The notes beneath the pieces were generated by a model. That model searched no databases, was not told where the DNA came from, and saw only the letters and a list, made by a program, of their open reading frames with translations. A program made the translations under genes and the position numbers. A DNA stretch of 64,000 nt from Octopus vulgaris (lineage: Eukaryota), in NCBI GenBank assembly GCA_951406725.2, contig OX597838.1, positions 6,200,001 to 6,264,000 of the forward strand, in the 5' to 3' direction. Of the stretch, positions 52,331-64,000 are shown piece after piece (position 1 is the stretch's first letter; each line of letters starts with the position of its first letter).

Positions 52331-54699
52331 GCCTTGATAATGAATATGAGAACGGAATGAAGCTAAATTATACACAATATTAATTATTGAACCGATTACG
52401 TAGTATTTGTGTTAAAATATTTCCAAGAAACGTTCTCTTTAAGATAAACAGGCAAATGACTAGGGTAGTGAAATATCGCGTAATACGGTAATTATTTTTC
52501 TTGGATAAAACTCTATGGCATCTGGACATTCTTACAATTCAATTTATAGTCCAGAATTTCATCAACTGTCCGTTAGGAGTCAAATTCTGCTCCATTGTCA
52601 TCTAAATAGCAATTATTCCCAGTTGACTCTATTCTATGTTTGTTTCGGAGCATGCCTTAGCCATTTGATTTTGTGTGGTTTCATGAAGATATCAGGCCCT
52701 TTCAAAGGCTTTATTAATGAAATAATCTGCAATTTGCTCGGTTAAATTAAGCTAACTTTGAAAAAGCAGGCTGATAAGAGAAGCATTTGATGGAAGCAAG
52801 TGATGCAGCTGACGTGTCTGTCTCCCGTGGGAGTCGACAAGATTAAGCAATTCTAAGCAGCTTCAAAAGTACTCACATATAAAATAAGTGTACACCATAA
52901 ACCACCGAGCTGCGAACAAGGGGGTGTCTAGATAAGTTCCGACGTCAAAAGCAGGGGTTGTTGCCGTATCTATCTCAAGAACTGTTTTGGTTGTTTCTAG
53001 AACCGCATTATATAATGTGTCTGAACCTTTTACGAGTGTAGGGTATTTTATGAGGGCGATTTAGTTGATACTTTTTTTTAACAGGCTGGGAAAATTGGTA
53101 GTGGCTTTCTCTGGTTTGCTCATCATTTAAATTGTTTTATATTCAGTCCAGTAGGATTAAATCAATCTTCATAAACACATACTTTATAATCTAATCAACC
53201 AATAAACTCCCAGTGAGCGGTTTTAATTTTTGCTTCAATCTAATTCACTTCGCTTGCTGGTTATAAGTATACAACACACGATCCTCTGATTCTTTATTAC
53301 TTTTTTTACTGTTACTCTTGTTATATTTCCTTTTACATTTCGATCGCTGATGTTTACCCAAACAGAATCAATATTAACAAAATTCGAAGTTATCATGTGT
53401 TTTGATGTTATTTTAAGCAGAAAGATAGTTTCGTAGGTGATGAAATTTGTACCACTCTATTACAATTATCTGCCGTATGAACAAGTATGTGATGAGACAC
53501 AGTGGAATTCGATATTGCATTCTACTCTGTTATTATTGACGACTTCCAGAAGAATTTTTTATTCTTTTTATTCATTTTTGATTTTGTTTTATTCTGATGG
53601 ACGAATAGTTGTACGATAGTCTTGATTTCTAGTTTCCGTGCCGTTAAACAGAGGATAGAAGAAACACTAAAAACATCTTGTCTAGACACAAGTGTAATTC
53701 AAGTAAAAATGTCCTTCTGGGTAAACTCGTTGCTGCTGGAAAAAATCGCTTAAAACGTGTACAATACTTATAAATTATTCATCAAGGAGCGTCAAGAAAG
53801 TGTTGCAGCTTCTATGTGGAAGCACAATTTACAAGAAATAACAGCCTAACATTCTTTAAATGACATGCTGCCACGCTAGATTTGAAGTTATACTTATAAC
53901 ATTGTAGTTCCAAGTAGACCACTCCGGAAAATTTGGAGACGTGTTAGTCGGGATTTCAATGTGCTTTTTGATGTTTTGCTTTTGAGAAATAAAAACTGCC
54001 TGACTGATTGTCACAATCCCTTTTTTTCGTTTTAAATTTCCAAGCAAGATTAACAAATTTAAAAGATGATATAGCAGATCTGAATGTGAATATGCAATTT
54101 GCTTTTGTATTTCGTCATTGGAGAAAACCCTTTGCATATTCAGCACAATGCGTGTTCGTAAGACACTGAATTCATTGGCCTAGACATACTTTTGCACACT
54201 GATGTTTCGACCTTGTTATGCGTTTCTTTGGTTAAAAGGAAATCCAGGGTAGGCACGAAATCTAACGAGATTTCTCTTTATGGGTTCAGTTAATAAAAGT
54301 ATTCGCTGATGTGGGCTGTGTTGGCAAGCCAAAATGTTGCTTGATCATATCCCCTAATAAAAGAAAATTGTATTTTGAACTTGGTATCACGTATCTCCAA
54401 TGTACTCGATATAAATGAAAATAGAGGATACGCTACGCGACATATAGTTGTGGATATCTGTTTCCAAATATATTTCACGAAAATAAAATTCAAACTTTTG
54501 AATTATTGGGGTATTTATATCAATACACAAGTTTAAATCTTGGTATTAGGTGGTAGAAACCCGCATCACTGATTTAAATTCCCGTTATAACTGTGCGTTG
54601 AACATATGAATATTCGGTGTATAATTAAGCGAATAAATAAATGAAGCAATGGTTGGGCCATTGAGGAGCTAGCACTCTATCCATGATATCTTGTGTTAG

Positions 54700-54964
54700 A
54701 CCCTATTGCATGAGCACCTGTCCATGTGACTTTGCCCCGAGCCGAACAATATATTGAGAGAGTTTGGTAGACGGAAAATAGGAGAAACATCGCATAAGAT
54801 GTTTGTTTCCAAACTACATAGCTCTGATTTCAGGCCCATATCAGGAAAATGTCTTCCACTATTGCCTTGAGTCGACCAGAGATTTATGAGTAGGTTTGGC
54901 AGACGGAAACTGAAAGACGGCCGTCCTATATATATATATTACTTACCACACAGCTACTCCTACA

Positions 54965-55000
<36 letters not shown>

Positions 55001-55575
55001 TATCATTAACGTTATTAATGATAATTTTAATAATAGAGTGGCTAGCAAATTTAGATATTTATAGGTAAAATATTAATAAAATATAGAAGGGTATTGAAAT
55101 ACAATTTGCTACGTACAGGCTGTCGATTTAAGTCACAGGTCATTCACAATAACAATACACACGGTGGATGTAACATAACAGAGACAAGCTTACCTTGCAT
55201 GGAGTTCCCCCACACCGTTTGGCATCTGGTGTTGGTGTGTTCGGCAAATGAGAACGATAAAATAAGTACGAATTTGTTCGACTAAAACCCTTCATGTCGG
55301 TGTTCGAAGATTGCCGCAGTCAAATGACTGGTGCAATGAATATGGAAAAAATATGTGGGTTTATATGTGTGCGTCTTCTATAATTATCCCGCTCCACCGC
55401 TTAACAAATAGCTTTGTTTTGTCTATTTCCTCCATGACTTAGAGGTTAATCGAAATCTAAAACCGAAAAAATAAGTACCAAGCTGAAAATATAAGTATTG
55501 CAGGTCATTTGTCGAACTAAAACCATCAAGACAGTCAGTCCTCAAGCATGAACGTAGTCCAATGAGTGAAACAAG
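54700..55575 (+). mobile_element. Cluster of decayed SINE family A fragments
   Basis: TTTGGTAGACGGAAA at about 54762, TTTGGCAGACGGAAACTGAAAG at about 54895, tails GCCGCAGTCAAATGACTG at about 55313 and GTCCAATGAGTGAAACAAG at about 55557. Confidence 0.65.
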
Positions 55576-55905
55576 CACGCGGTAAAATATATGAAATTGA
55601 AAAATAAATTGCTGAAGAATTGATGTATAAACGAGCGAAAATTGGCTGATAAATAATTGAAAAATTACATTAGTGAAATAAGCTAAAGATTGAGTGGGAG
55701 CAGAAGGAATGATGAATGAAGGTAAAAAGAAAAGTGTGATGGCTTTGAATTAAGGAATAAATTAATATTTAAAGGAATGGAAGATTAAACAGTTTTAGTA
55801 TTGGGGAATTAATGAAAAGAAAGAATGTGGGCAAGAGTCTGCTACTATAGGTCCGGGTCGATGGAAATGTTCAGAGTAGATTAGTTTGATAGAAATTAAA
55901 AGCAG

Positions 55906-56036
<131 letters not shown>

Positions 56037-56129
56037 ATGTGTGTGCGAGTGTGTGTATGCCCAATGCTGTTTGCTGTTGGTTTGTTTTAGTCCCTGTCAA
56101 TTAGCAGTACATACATATATATATATATA

Positions 56130-56332
56130 CTAAAAATAAGCAACAAGGATATCCATGGTAGTGTAGTACAATCGTTTCATGCTACTTCCTTTAATTAAAC
56201 CATGTAAGTATTACAATCACCCCATAAATATAAATATAATCACCCCATTTGATTTATATGGATAATACCATAGTAAATTTCTGGTGTCTTTAACTTAAAT
56301 ACCATATTAATCTGAATCTAAATTTTGCTGAA

Positions 56333-56335
<3 letters not shown>
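56130..56335. mobile_element. Short inverted PLE-terminus-like element in (TA)n, related to 61779-62400
   Basis: Shares AAGCAACAAG...TAGTACAATCGTTTCAT (hammerhead 3' half, minus strand) and TAATCACCCCA...TGGTG...TACCATATT with the 62-kb element. Flanked by (TA)n on both sides. Confidence 0.7.
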
Positions 56336-56389
<54 letters not shown>

Positions 56390-57214
56390 GAGAGAGAGAT
56401 GAGTAGGTGAATAAATGGCAAATGTAAATGAAAGGTGGAAAAGGTGAGTGTAGCACGTGTGTGGAATAATAAACTTATTTAAGGGAATGTAGGCCTAAAG
56501 AAATTTAAAATATGAAACAAATAATGTGATAAATGAATAAACAAACAGTGAATTAAAGAATAAGCGAAGTATGGGTTAATAGATTAATAAAGTATTACAA
56601 GAGAATAGATCATTAAATGAAGACTTGTAGAGCAAAGAACGGATGAGCGGAATATTTTTAGGGAAGAGAGGAATATGAATATAGAAGCTGGTGCTAATGG
56701 GAAGGTAAGAGTATTGAGGAATTAAAGAATGTCAGAAACAAACGAATGGAAAAAAGAAAGCTGAATGAGTGAATCGATAAAATTAATATTGAAGGGAATT
56801 GAAAATTATGAAAAAAAAAAATAATAATTATTACATGGAGATATTAATGAATAGCTGAATTGTTTTATAAATGTATTTAGAAATATAAAGGAAAAAAAAA
56901 TCGAAGACATAGGTTATAAATAAATGTATGGACGAAGCACTAACTGAAGGAAATTTGTAGGAGTGACTGAATGAAACAATCGTAGCAGAAGAGGGAAGTA
57001 ATAGAAGGAAACCTGACCAGTGAAATATACACATCTGAACATTGGGTAAGAACACCTGGTTGTATGTTTACCTAACAGGTCGTGAGCGGATGGCGTTCTT
57101 TTGTAAGCGTGCAATGTGTTTCCCTTGTGTGCTAATTACGGAATATTTGAAAGCGCCGATTATTGAAATGCCTAGAAACTATCTCTCGTAAGCTCAGTGA
57201 ATCACAACTTATCA

Positions 57215-57497
57215 CATTGTCCTGAGGGAGATCAAAGAGGAAAAGGATCCCATTAACTTTAAACAGAGTCTGGATAGATTCCTTCAAAGAATACCAGATA
57301 AGCCACCCATAATTGGATACAACTCGCCCAACAAGAACTTACTACTTGAACAAAACTGGATACAACTCACCCAACAAGAACTCACTACTTGAACAAAACT
57401 TGACTTAAACAGGATTCAAATAATCCTATCAGGTGGTGCTATTAAGTTAGACATGGCCTGGACCAATCTCTGGTCGAAACATATCTAAGTTTATCTA

Positions 57498-57503
<6 letters not shown>
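57215..57503 (+). mobile_element. CR1-group LINE 3' end with 43-bp internal duplication and (ATCTAAGTTT)n tail
   Basis: REIKEEKDPINFKQSLDRFLQRIPDKPPIIGYNSPNKNLLLEQ (FK..LD.FL..IPD.P motif); 3' stem-loop GACCA-atctc-TGGTC; tandem tail. Confidence 0.75.
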
Positions 57504-57540
<37 letters not shown>

Positions 57541-57616
57541 TATATAAATGCGCGCGTGTGTGTGTGTGCGTGCGTGCGTGTGAGCGTGTGTGTTTCTGTT
57601 TGGTGTGCGTGTGTGT

Positions 57617-57862
57617 GTGGAGGCACAATGGCCCAGTGGTTAGGGTCAGCGGACTCACAGTCGTAGGATCGCAATTTCGATTCCCAGAGCGAGCATTGTG
57701 AGTGTTTATTGAGAGAAAAGACCTAAACTCCACGAGTCTCCGGCAGGGGTGGAGACGATCCCTGCTGTACTGTTCTGCCACAGCTTACTCTCACTCTTTC
57801 TTCTGTTGGCCTGCTCGCTTGGCCAGCGGGATGGCGACGTTGGAGGCTAAAACAATGCGAGG
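57617..57862 (+). mobile_element. SINE family C head with C2 tail, 3'-truncated
   Basis: GTGGAGGCACAATGGCCCAGTGGTTAGGG...GGAGGCTAAAACAATGCG. Confidence 0.88.
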
Positions 57863-57929
57863 CTAAAACGAATTTAAATGTGTGTGTGTGTGTGTGTGTG
57901 TACCTCGTTATATATATATATATATACAC

Positions 57930-58092
57930 ACACGACGGCCGTCTTTCAGTTTCCATATGGAACATTCTCTCTCACGACTTTGGTTGGCCAGGGGATATAA
58001 TAGAAGCCACTTAGCCAAAGTGCCATGCAGCGGGATTGAACCCAGATACATGTGGTTACGAAGCAAGCTTCTTACCACGTAACCGCGCCTGG
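57930..58092 (-). mobile_element. SINE family A head fragment
   Basis: TCTTTCAGTTTCC...GGGATTGAACCCAG...CTTCTTACCAC. Confidence 0.7.
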
Positions 58093-58349
58093 GTGTATAT
58101 GTTTGGATAATGACAGAGGGCAATGAATTCAGACAGCTTTTCATTTAGCGCTTATATATTTGTTTAGAATGAAAGATGTAATCATAACATGTCTTTGCGT
58201 ACATTAAACAAGATGTTAAAGTATTGAGAGCTATATTATTATTTTATATATTGTTTCAAAGAATTAGAGTTAAATAAGTCGGATAATTTCACTAAAATGA
58301 GGTCAGGTGTATAAATGACACACATATTGCGACCATGTTTATATTTGCG

Positions 58350-58426
58350 TACATAAATATATATACACACACACACACATAAATATATACATACATATAT
58401 ATACACACACATAAATACATACATAA

Positions 58427-58463
<37 letters not shown>

Positions 58464-58473
58464 TAATACATAC

Positions 58474-58524
<51 letters not shown>

Positions 58525-58533
58525 TATACATAC

Positions 58534-58574
<41 letters not shown>

Positions 58575-58575
58575 T

Positions 58576-58656
<81 letters not shown>

Positions 58657-58781
58657 TATACATACATAAATATATATATATATATATACACACACATATA
58701 CATATAAATATATATATATATATACACACATATATACATATAAATATATATATATATATATACACACATATATACATATAA

Positions 58782-58814
<33 letters not shown>

Positions 58815-58856
58815 TACATAAATATATATATGTATATACACACACATATACAGAAC

Positions 58857-58887
<31 letters not shown>

Positions 58888-59075
58888 CACGTATATACAT
58901 AAAAAAACACATAAATATATACTTATGTACACGCTGAGAGAGGTGTATGCTATTACGTACGTATTTAGATGGTGTAAACACACACACACACATATATATA
59001 TATATATGTATTATCATGTATATATATATATGTGTGTGTGTACATGTATATAAATATGCATATATACATATAAAA
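58350..59075. repeat. Higher-order (TA)n(CA)n-TATACATACATAAA minisatellite
   Basis: Direct observation of recurring blocks. Confidence 0.93.
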
Positions 59076-59176
59076 ATACATATGTATACACCTAATATCG
59101 AAATCGATGTTTTGGTTTTCTAGCACATATTTGCAAACCACAAATTTTACAGATTTTTCTCCGATTACTCTCTTAA

Positions 59177-59210
<34 letters not shown>

Positions 59211-59570
59211 GTGTGTGTGTGTGTGTGTGTGTATGAATGTATGTATGTATGTACGTATGCATGTATGTATGCGCATTAACCGCAAAGGCGGAGAAACACG
59301 CAAATACAAGACACGTTATTCGCTGTTCTCCATTAATGAATCTGAATGGAATAATGACGGAATAGCTGTGTTACGGAAAGATCAGAGTATATAGCATCGT
59401 TTGATGTACTCTCTCTCCATACTGATCTCCCTCACCCTTTCTGCCGTCACTCCCACCACCACTTATTCACAGACTCTCTCTCTCCATATATATATGTGTA
59501 TATATCCATATATATATTCGTTATGCATACATGTATACACATACCTTATACGTACATACAAATATATATA

Positions 59571-59602
<32 letters not shown>

Positions 59603-60534
59603 ATGTATGTGTGTGTATTCTTCAGTGGCCATTGCCGTATCTTCCAGAAAAACTTACTTATCCTGTTATCATATTATTCCGTTAGAGCGCAGAAATACAG
59701 TTATTTTGGTTTTCAGCAGATCGATAACATATACACAGGAATTTTCATCAAAGACTATTGTTATTTCCCAGTGAAATTACAGTGTTTGTTTACGTACGAA
59801 GATTACAGTTTGATCGAGATTTTGAGATAGAGAAAGTATTTGAGAAAGTGTTTGCGATATATATATATATATACCGAGTTACAAATAGATATTCAGTTAT
59901 AGAGGCAGAGAGCGAAATGAAGACGCTACTTGAACATGTGTATGTATGTATGTATGTATGTATGTGTGTCTGTGTTATATCTTCGTAAACTCCTGGTTTC
60001 TTAAATTCAAATCACCTTTTACCTATTTCGGATTTCGATTTCTTCATGATCGACAAATGAGAAAATTTGTTTTTTTTTTTCCAGCGAAACATTTTTCCAG
60101 TTGCCTGTGAGACATTATCCATGTATCCATTGCTTTTAAACAACATGTTATGTGAGACAGGCTGTACTATTATTTCTAGGAGATTACTGACAGCCCATTC
60201 TCACAGCCCCATTTTCTGCTTAAACTTTTGTCAGTTTTTCCAAACGTTCCTCACCTTCGTATGTTTCTTCCATCCAGTTTTTTTTTTCCTTTTTCGTCAA
60301 CACAAACCCGCTTTTCATTCTTGTGTTTTCTTTGGTTGCTATAGTTTATACCAATTCATCAACAATGGACCAGCATATTTATAAAATATACTCCATATTT
60401 CTCTACCATGTATATTGTTTTCAGATTAAGGTCATCTATAAACTAGTTAATTCTAGATTTTACGTACTAAAATATGATATAGTTGGCTCGCATGCATACA
60501 CACGCACACACATACATACACACACACAGGCACG

Positions 60535-60725
60535 CATTTCAGTCATTCGACTATGGCCGTGCTGAAGCACTGCCTTTAGTCGAACGAATCGACCCCAGGA
60601 ATTATTCTTTCGAAGCCTAGTACTTATTTTATCGGTTATTTTGCCGAACTGCTAACTTACGGAGACGTGAACATACCAACATCAATTATCTAGCACTGGT
60701 GAGGGGAGAAGCAGACACCCACACA
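60535..60725 (-). mobile_element. SINE family A tail fragment
   Basis: TTTCAGTCATTCGACTATGGCCGTGCTG...TCGACCCCAGGA...TTTTGCCGAACTGCTAA. Confidence 0.78.
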
Positions 60726-61115
60726 AATATATTCATATATACAACAGGCTAAGACTTTATTTGACAGGGGTAGACAGTTCTCATTCCACTTGTTTTGAGT
60801 TCGATCAAAGACAACGCTCTAAGGTAATTCATGTAATTCAATTGAAGCGTATAAATGTCACAAAACGCAGAGTGCAGGCTGAGGACAGTTTATCTACGTA
60901 GATGAAATAAAGAAAGCCTAAACTTGCGAGAAAACAACGGAGTTCACTCCACAGGACACTGGAACACAGCTAGCGGCGTATGAAACAGCCAAAAGCTAGA
61001 GAAAGTATAACTGAAGATGTGAAAACCAGTCCGAAAAATGTAAACTATATACATAATATAAGAGTTTGGTCATGGACAGGGGAAAATGTGGGCAATGTGT
61101 GGCTGGATTATTGTG

Positions 61116-61410
61116 GCACTCCATCGGTTAAGACGATGAGGGTTCCGGTTGATCCGATTAACGGAATAGCCAGCTTGTGGAATTAACGTGTAAGGGAAAT
61201 TCACACGCATGTGTACACTTTAACGTAGTTCTCGGGAAAATTCAGCGCGATAGAGAGTGTGACAAAGCTGGCCCTTTGAACCACAGGTACAACATAACGA
61301 GTGGGAGAAAGTTGTGGTGAAAGAGTAGGGTAGAGATCGCCACCCACCCCTGCTGGAGCATCGTGGAGCGTTAGATGTTTTCGCTCAATAAACACTCACA
61401 ACGCCCGGCC
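61116..61410 (-). mobile_element. SINE family C head with C1 tail, diverged and 5'-truncated
   Basis: GCACTCCATCGGTTAAGACGATGAGGGTTCC...CGCTCAATAAACACTCACAACGCCCGG. Confidence 0.85.
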
Positions 61411-61733
61411 CGTGAATTTAAGTGCCTTTTCTCTAAATAATTTTGTTTATTTTTCGAAATTTTATGTTCTTTTGTTTTCCATAACACTCCTTTGCAATTC
61501 CCTTGTTGATGTTTCCGTTGATTATATATTTGGAGCTTTCCACTCATCTGACCGAACCATTGCCATCTTCCGATTACACCCGTATTTATTTGTATTATTG
61601 TTTCGTGAATAAATTTGCTTTTGCCTTCTATTATCTGTTCTATGTCTTGATTTCATTCATCTGAGAGAAATTAGGCATTGTAACGAGTAGGGGGAATATC
61701 CTAGCTCCTGGGTACTACCGGGTACCTCAGGTA

Positions 61734-61781
<48 letters not shown>

Positions 61782-61921
61782 CAATAAAGATTCAAGTTAA
61801 TTTAAGTGAATTTACTTGAATATGGTACCTAACTTAGATGCACCAAAAAAACTATACTGTTTTAACAATACAATAATGTGGGGTGATTATAAGCGAGAAA
61901 GAAGCAACAAGAATGGATAGG

Positions 61922-62012
61922 TTTTAGTACAATCGTTTCATACAAGGACAGGCTTTATTAAAAGTTGCAAAAATTACAGCATATAAACGTGTCCTGTACT
62001 CATCAGCTAAAA
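61922..62012 (-). ncRNA. Type-I hammerhead ribozyme (minus-strand copy)
   Basis: Reverse complement of the 62275-62365 motif; TCATCAG at 62000-62006 and GTTTC at 61935-61939. Confidence 0.85.
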
Positions 62013-62274
62013 TACATGTGAGTTCTCTAGACATCCTATTGGTTGAGGCTATACTCATGAAGTAGATAATTAAGTAACATAAATAGATTTCCAAAGTTCA
62101 TTAAAGTTCTTTAAAGATGATGTACAGTCTTATCTGTACATCATCTTTAAAGAACTTATCTGTACATCATCTTTAAAGAACTTTAATGAACTTTGGAAAT
62201 CTGTTTATGTTACTTAATTATCTACTTCATGAGTATAGCCTCAACCAATAGGATGTCTAGAGAACTCACATGTA

Positions 62275-62365
62275 TTTTAGCTGATGAGTACAGGACACGT
62301 TTATATGCTGTAATTTTTGCAACTTTTAATAAAGCCTGTCCTTGTATGAAACGATTGTACTAAAA
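62275..62365 (+). ncRNA. Type-I hammerhead ribozyme
   Basis: Stem I TTTTAG (62275-80)/CTAAAA (62360-65); core CTGATGA (62281-87); stem II GTACAGGACA/TGTCC-t-TGTAT; GAAAC (62348-52); stem III AC-gatt-GT; predicted cleavage after GUA (A62359). Confidence 0.88.
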
Positions 62366-62394
62366 ACCTATCCATTCTTGTTGCTTCTTTCTCG

Positions 62395-62442
<48 letters not shown>

Positions 62443-62939
62443 TTGAGGGTACTACTATTCGTAGATACCACACGCTAAGAGGGACCAATGCGGTCAAAAC
62501 TACTAAAAGTAAACAAAATTTTACCGAATGCAAAACTTCAAAGCACATCATTTTAAAAAAAGAATTCAGTTACATATCACATGTGATTTCGCATTTAATG
62601 CAGAATATGCATTTCATGTTCATCAGTGCAACAAACTCAAGAAATATAAGAAAAATCATAACATTACAAGCTCGATAGCCAACCGTAGAATTCGTCGTAG
62701 AAAGTACGAATGTTTATCTTTACATATCTATGAAAATGGCGGGCTTATTCGCAATGCATTTCGATAACAAATTGCCTACTCGGAATAAAATTCAGTATTG
62801 AACTATTCCGGTGAAAAATATAACTTAACAATTGAGGATAAAATCTTTAAAAGAAATTATCAGTAGTCAGCGTGAAAAACCTCGTAAAAGAAAAAATCCG
62901 TAAATTCTTCCTCTTTGAAAATATTCATATATTTCTTTT

Positions 62940-63000
<61 letters not shown>

Positions 63001-63403
63001 AAAGCAAAGTAGCTTTGCTAACATGTCTAGAAGAGATACAAGCAGTAACAATACTGAAAAGTAATCTTTGTTGCCTATTCAGCATGTCTGTTCGGTGCGT
63101 ATCAACGTTCCTACCACATTTTTTAATCCCAGGATATTATCTCCTCCAACCTCTGTCCGATATATTTCAAGCAGGTGAGCGAACCCCAACCATTTAGCTT
63201 TTTCTCAGGACCTGCAGACCAGTCTGGTTCCAGGATATTTCTCTTCCTTAATACCGGACATCTGTTTGCTAGACATAGCAGTCGTTCGTCCTTGGTCACA
63301 ATCTATAAAAAACTAAACGGCATTCAGCCACTGAGTTTGCAACAAGGAAAGTAGTTAGTTTTAATGTCTCCAAATGAGATATAAGTTGTAATGCGATGAT
63401 ATA

Positions 63404-63647
63404 CAGGGTGTTCAAAAGTCTCTCCGCTGTTAATGTTTTTCATCCTCACCCTCCAAGTGTCAAATTCTCCAACATGTGTAGAAGACTGAACATAGATATT
63501 GAAAACGAAAGACGATCCTTTCAACATATCTTATAAAAATATTTTGGAACCCATGTAAAGTCTAATATATTCTTTTGTAGCCTTATAACGCCTTATATAT
63601 GTTTATTTCGCAATACAATACTGCGGAGAGACATATTGAACACTCTG
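63404..63647. mobile_element. Tc1/mariner-type MITE
   Basis: TA|CAGGGTGTTCAAAAGTCTCTCCGC...GCGGAGAGACATATTGAACACTCTG|TA; imperfect TIRs of about 25 bp and a TA TSD. Confidence 0.85.
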
Positions 63648-63751
63648 TATAATCATCACTTTTATCGGACGAACGGGAACGTGAAACTGAGTAAAAGTTC
63701 TATGATAGTTTTGCAGTTTTAATAAAAAAAAGTATATATGTCTGTGTGCAT

Positions 63752-63753
<2 letters not shown>

Positions 63754-63819
<66 letters not shown>

Positions 63820-63820
63820 G
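63754..63820. repeat. (TA)n(GA)n microsatellite
   Basis: Direct observation. Confidence 0.95.
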
Positions 63821-64000
63821 TTTATAGACGCATATATGCGTGTTTCTGCGTTACACTTCACGATGTCTTTTTATTTGTAACACTCCCATCCGAAACAATG
63901 TTGAAAAGAAAGCTGGAATACACAACACAAAGAACAGACAATATCAAAACCAACTGGACATGAAAGCAACTGTTAATAATTATATAAATATGAGGACAAT

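Larger units (their letters stand above)
61779..62400. mobile_element. Hammerhead-bearing inverted-repeat element (PLE pseudo-LTR or retrozyme-like) inserted in (TA)n
   Basis: Arms 61888-62127 and 62160-62400 differ by 1 substitution and 1 indel. (TA)n at 61735-61778 and 62397-62437. No ORF. Confidence 0.85.

Noticed and set aside
53640-54450. Complex non-repetitive stretch with a 96-aa minus ORF
   Set aside because: No recognisable domain or splice structure; possibly an old transposon.
57455-57490. GACCA-loop-TGGTC-GAAAC resembling a hammerhead 3' half
   Set aside because: No CUGANGA upstream; better explained as a LINE 3' recognition stem-loop.

Overview
This is AT-rich eukaryotic DNA, almost certainly intergenic or intronic sequence from an octopus (coleoid cephalopod). 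That assignment is inferred from the tRNA-derived SINE families and the very high microsatellite density. I found no intact host gene; nearly all listed ORFs are microsatellite or repeat artefacts. The window is a mosaic of at least four tRNA-derived SINE types with swapped heads and tails, RTE and CR1-group LINE 3' ends, a decayed Penelope-like (PLE) reverse transcriptase, mariner, pogo and piggyBac remnants and MITEs, and two tail-to-tail non-autonomous Helitrons. The most striking signal is a set of hammerhead ribozyme motifs. An element of about 620 bp at 61779-62400 sits between two (TA)n tracts and forms a near-perfect 240-bp inverted repeat with a type-I hammerhead on each strand. A diverged relative with the same two outward-facing ends sits in (TA)n at 56130-56335. 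Further variant or decayed hammerhead-like motifs lie at about 12.3, 13.2/13.4, 23.2 and 34.0 kb. All calls were made by eye; family names come from motif recall, not database searches.
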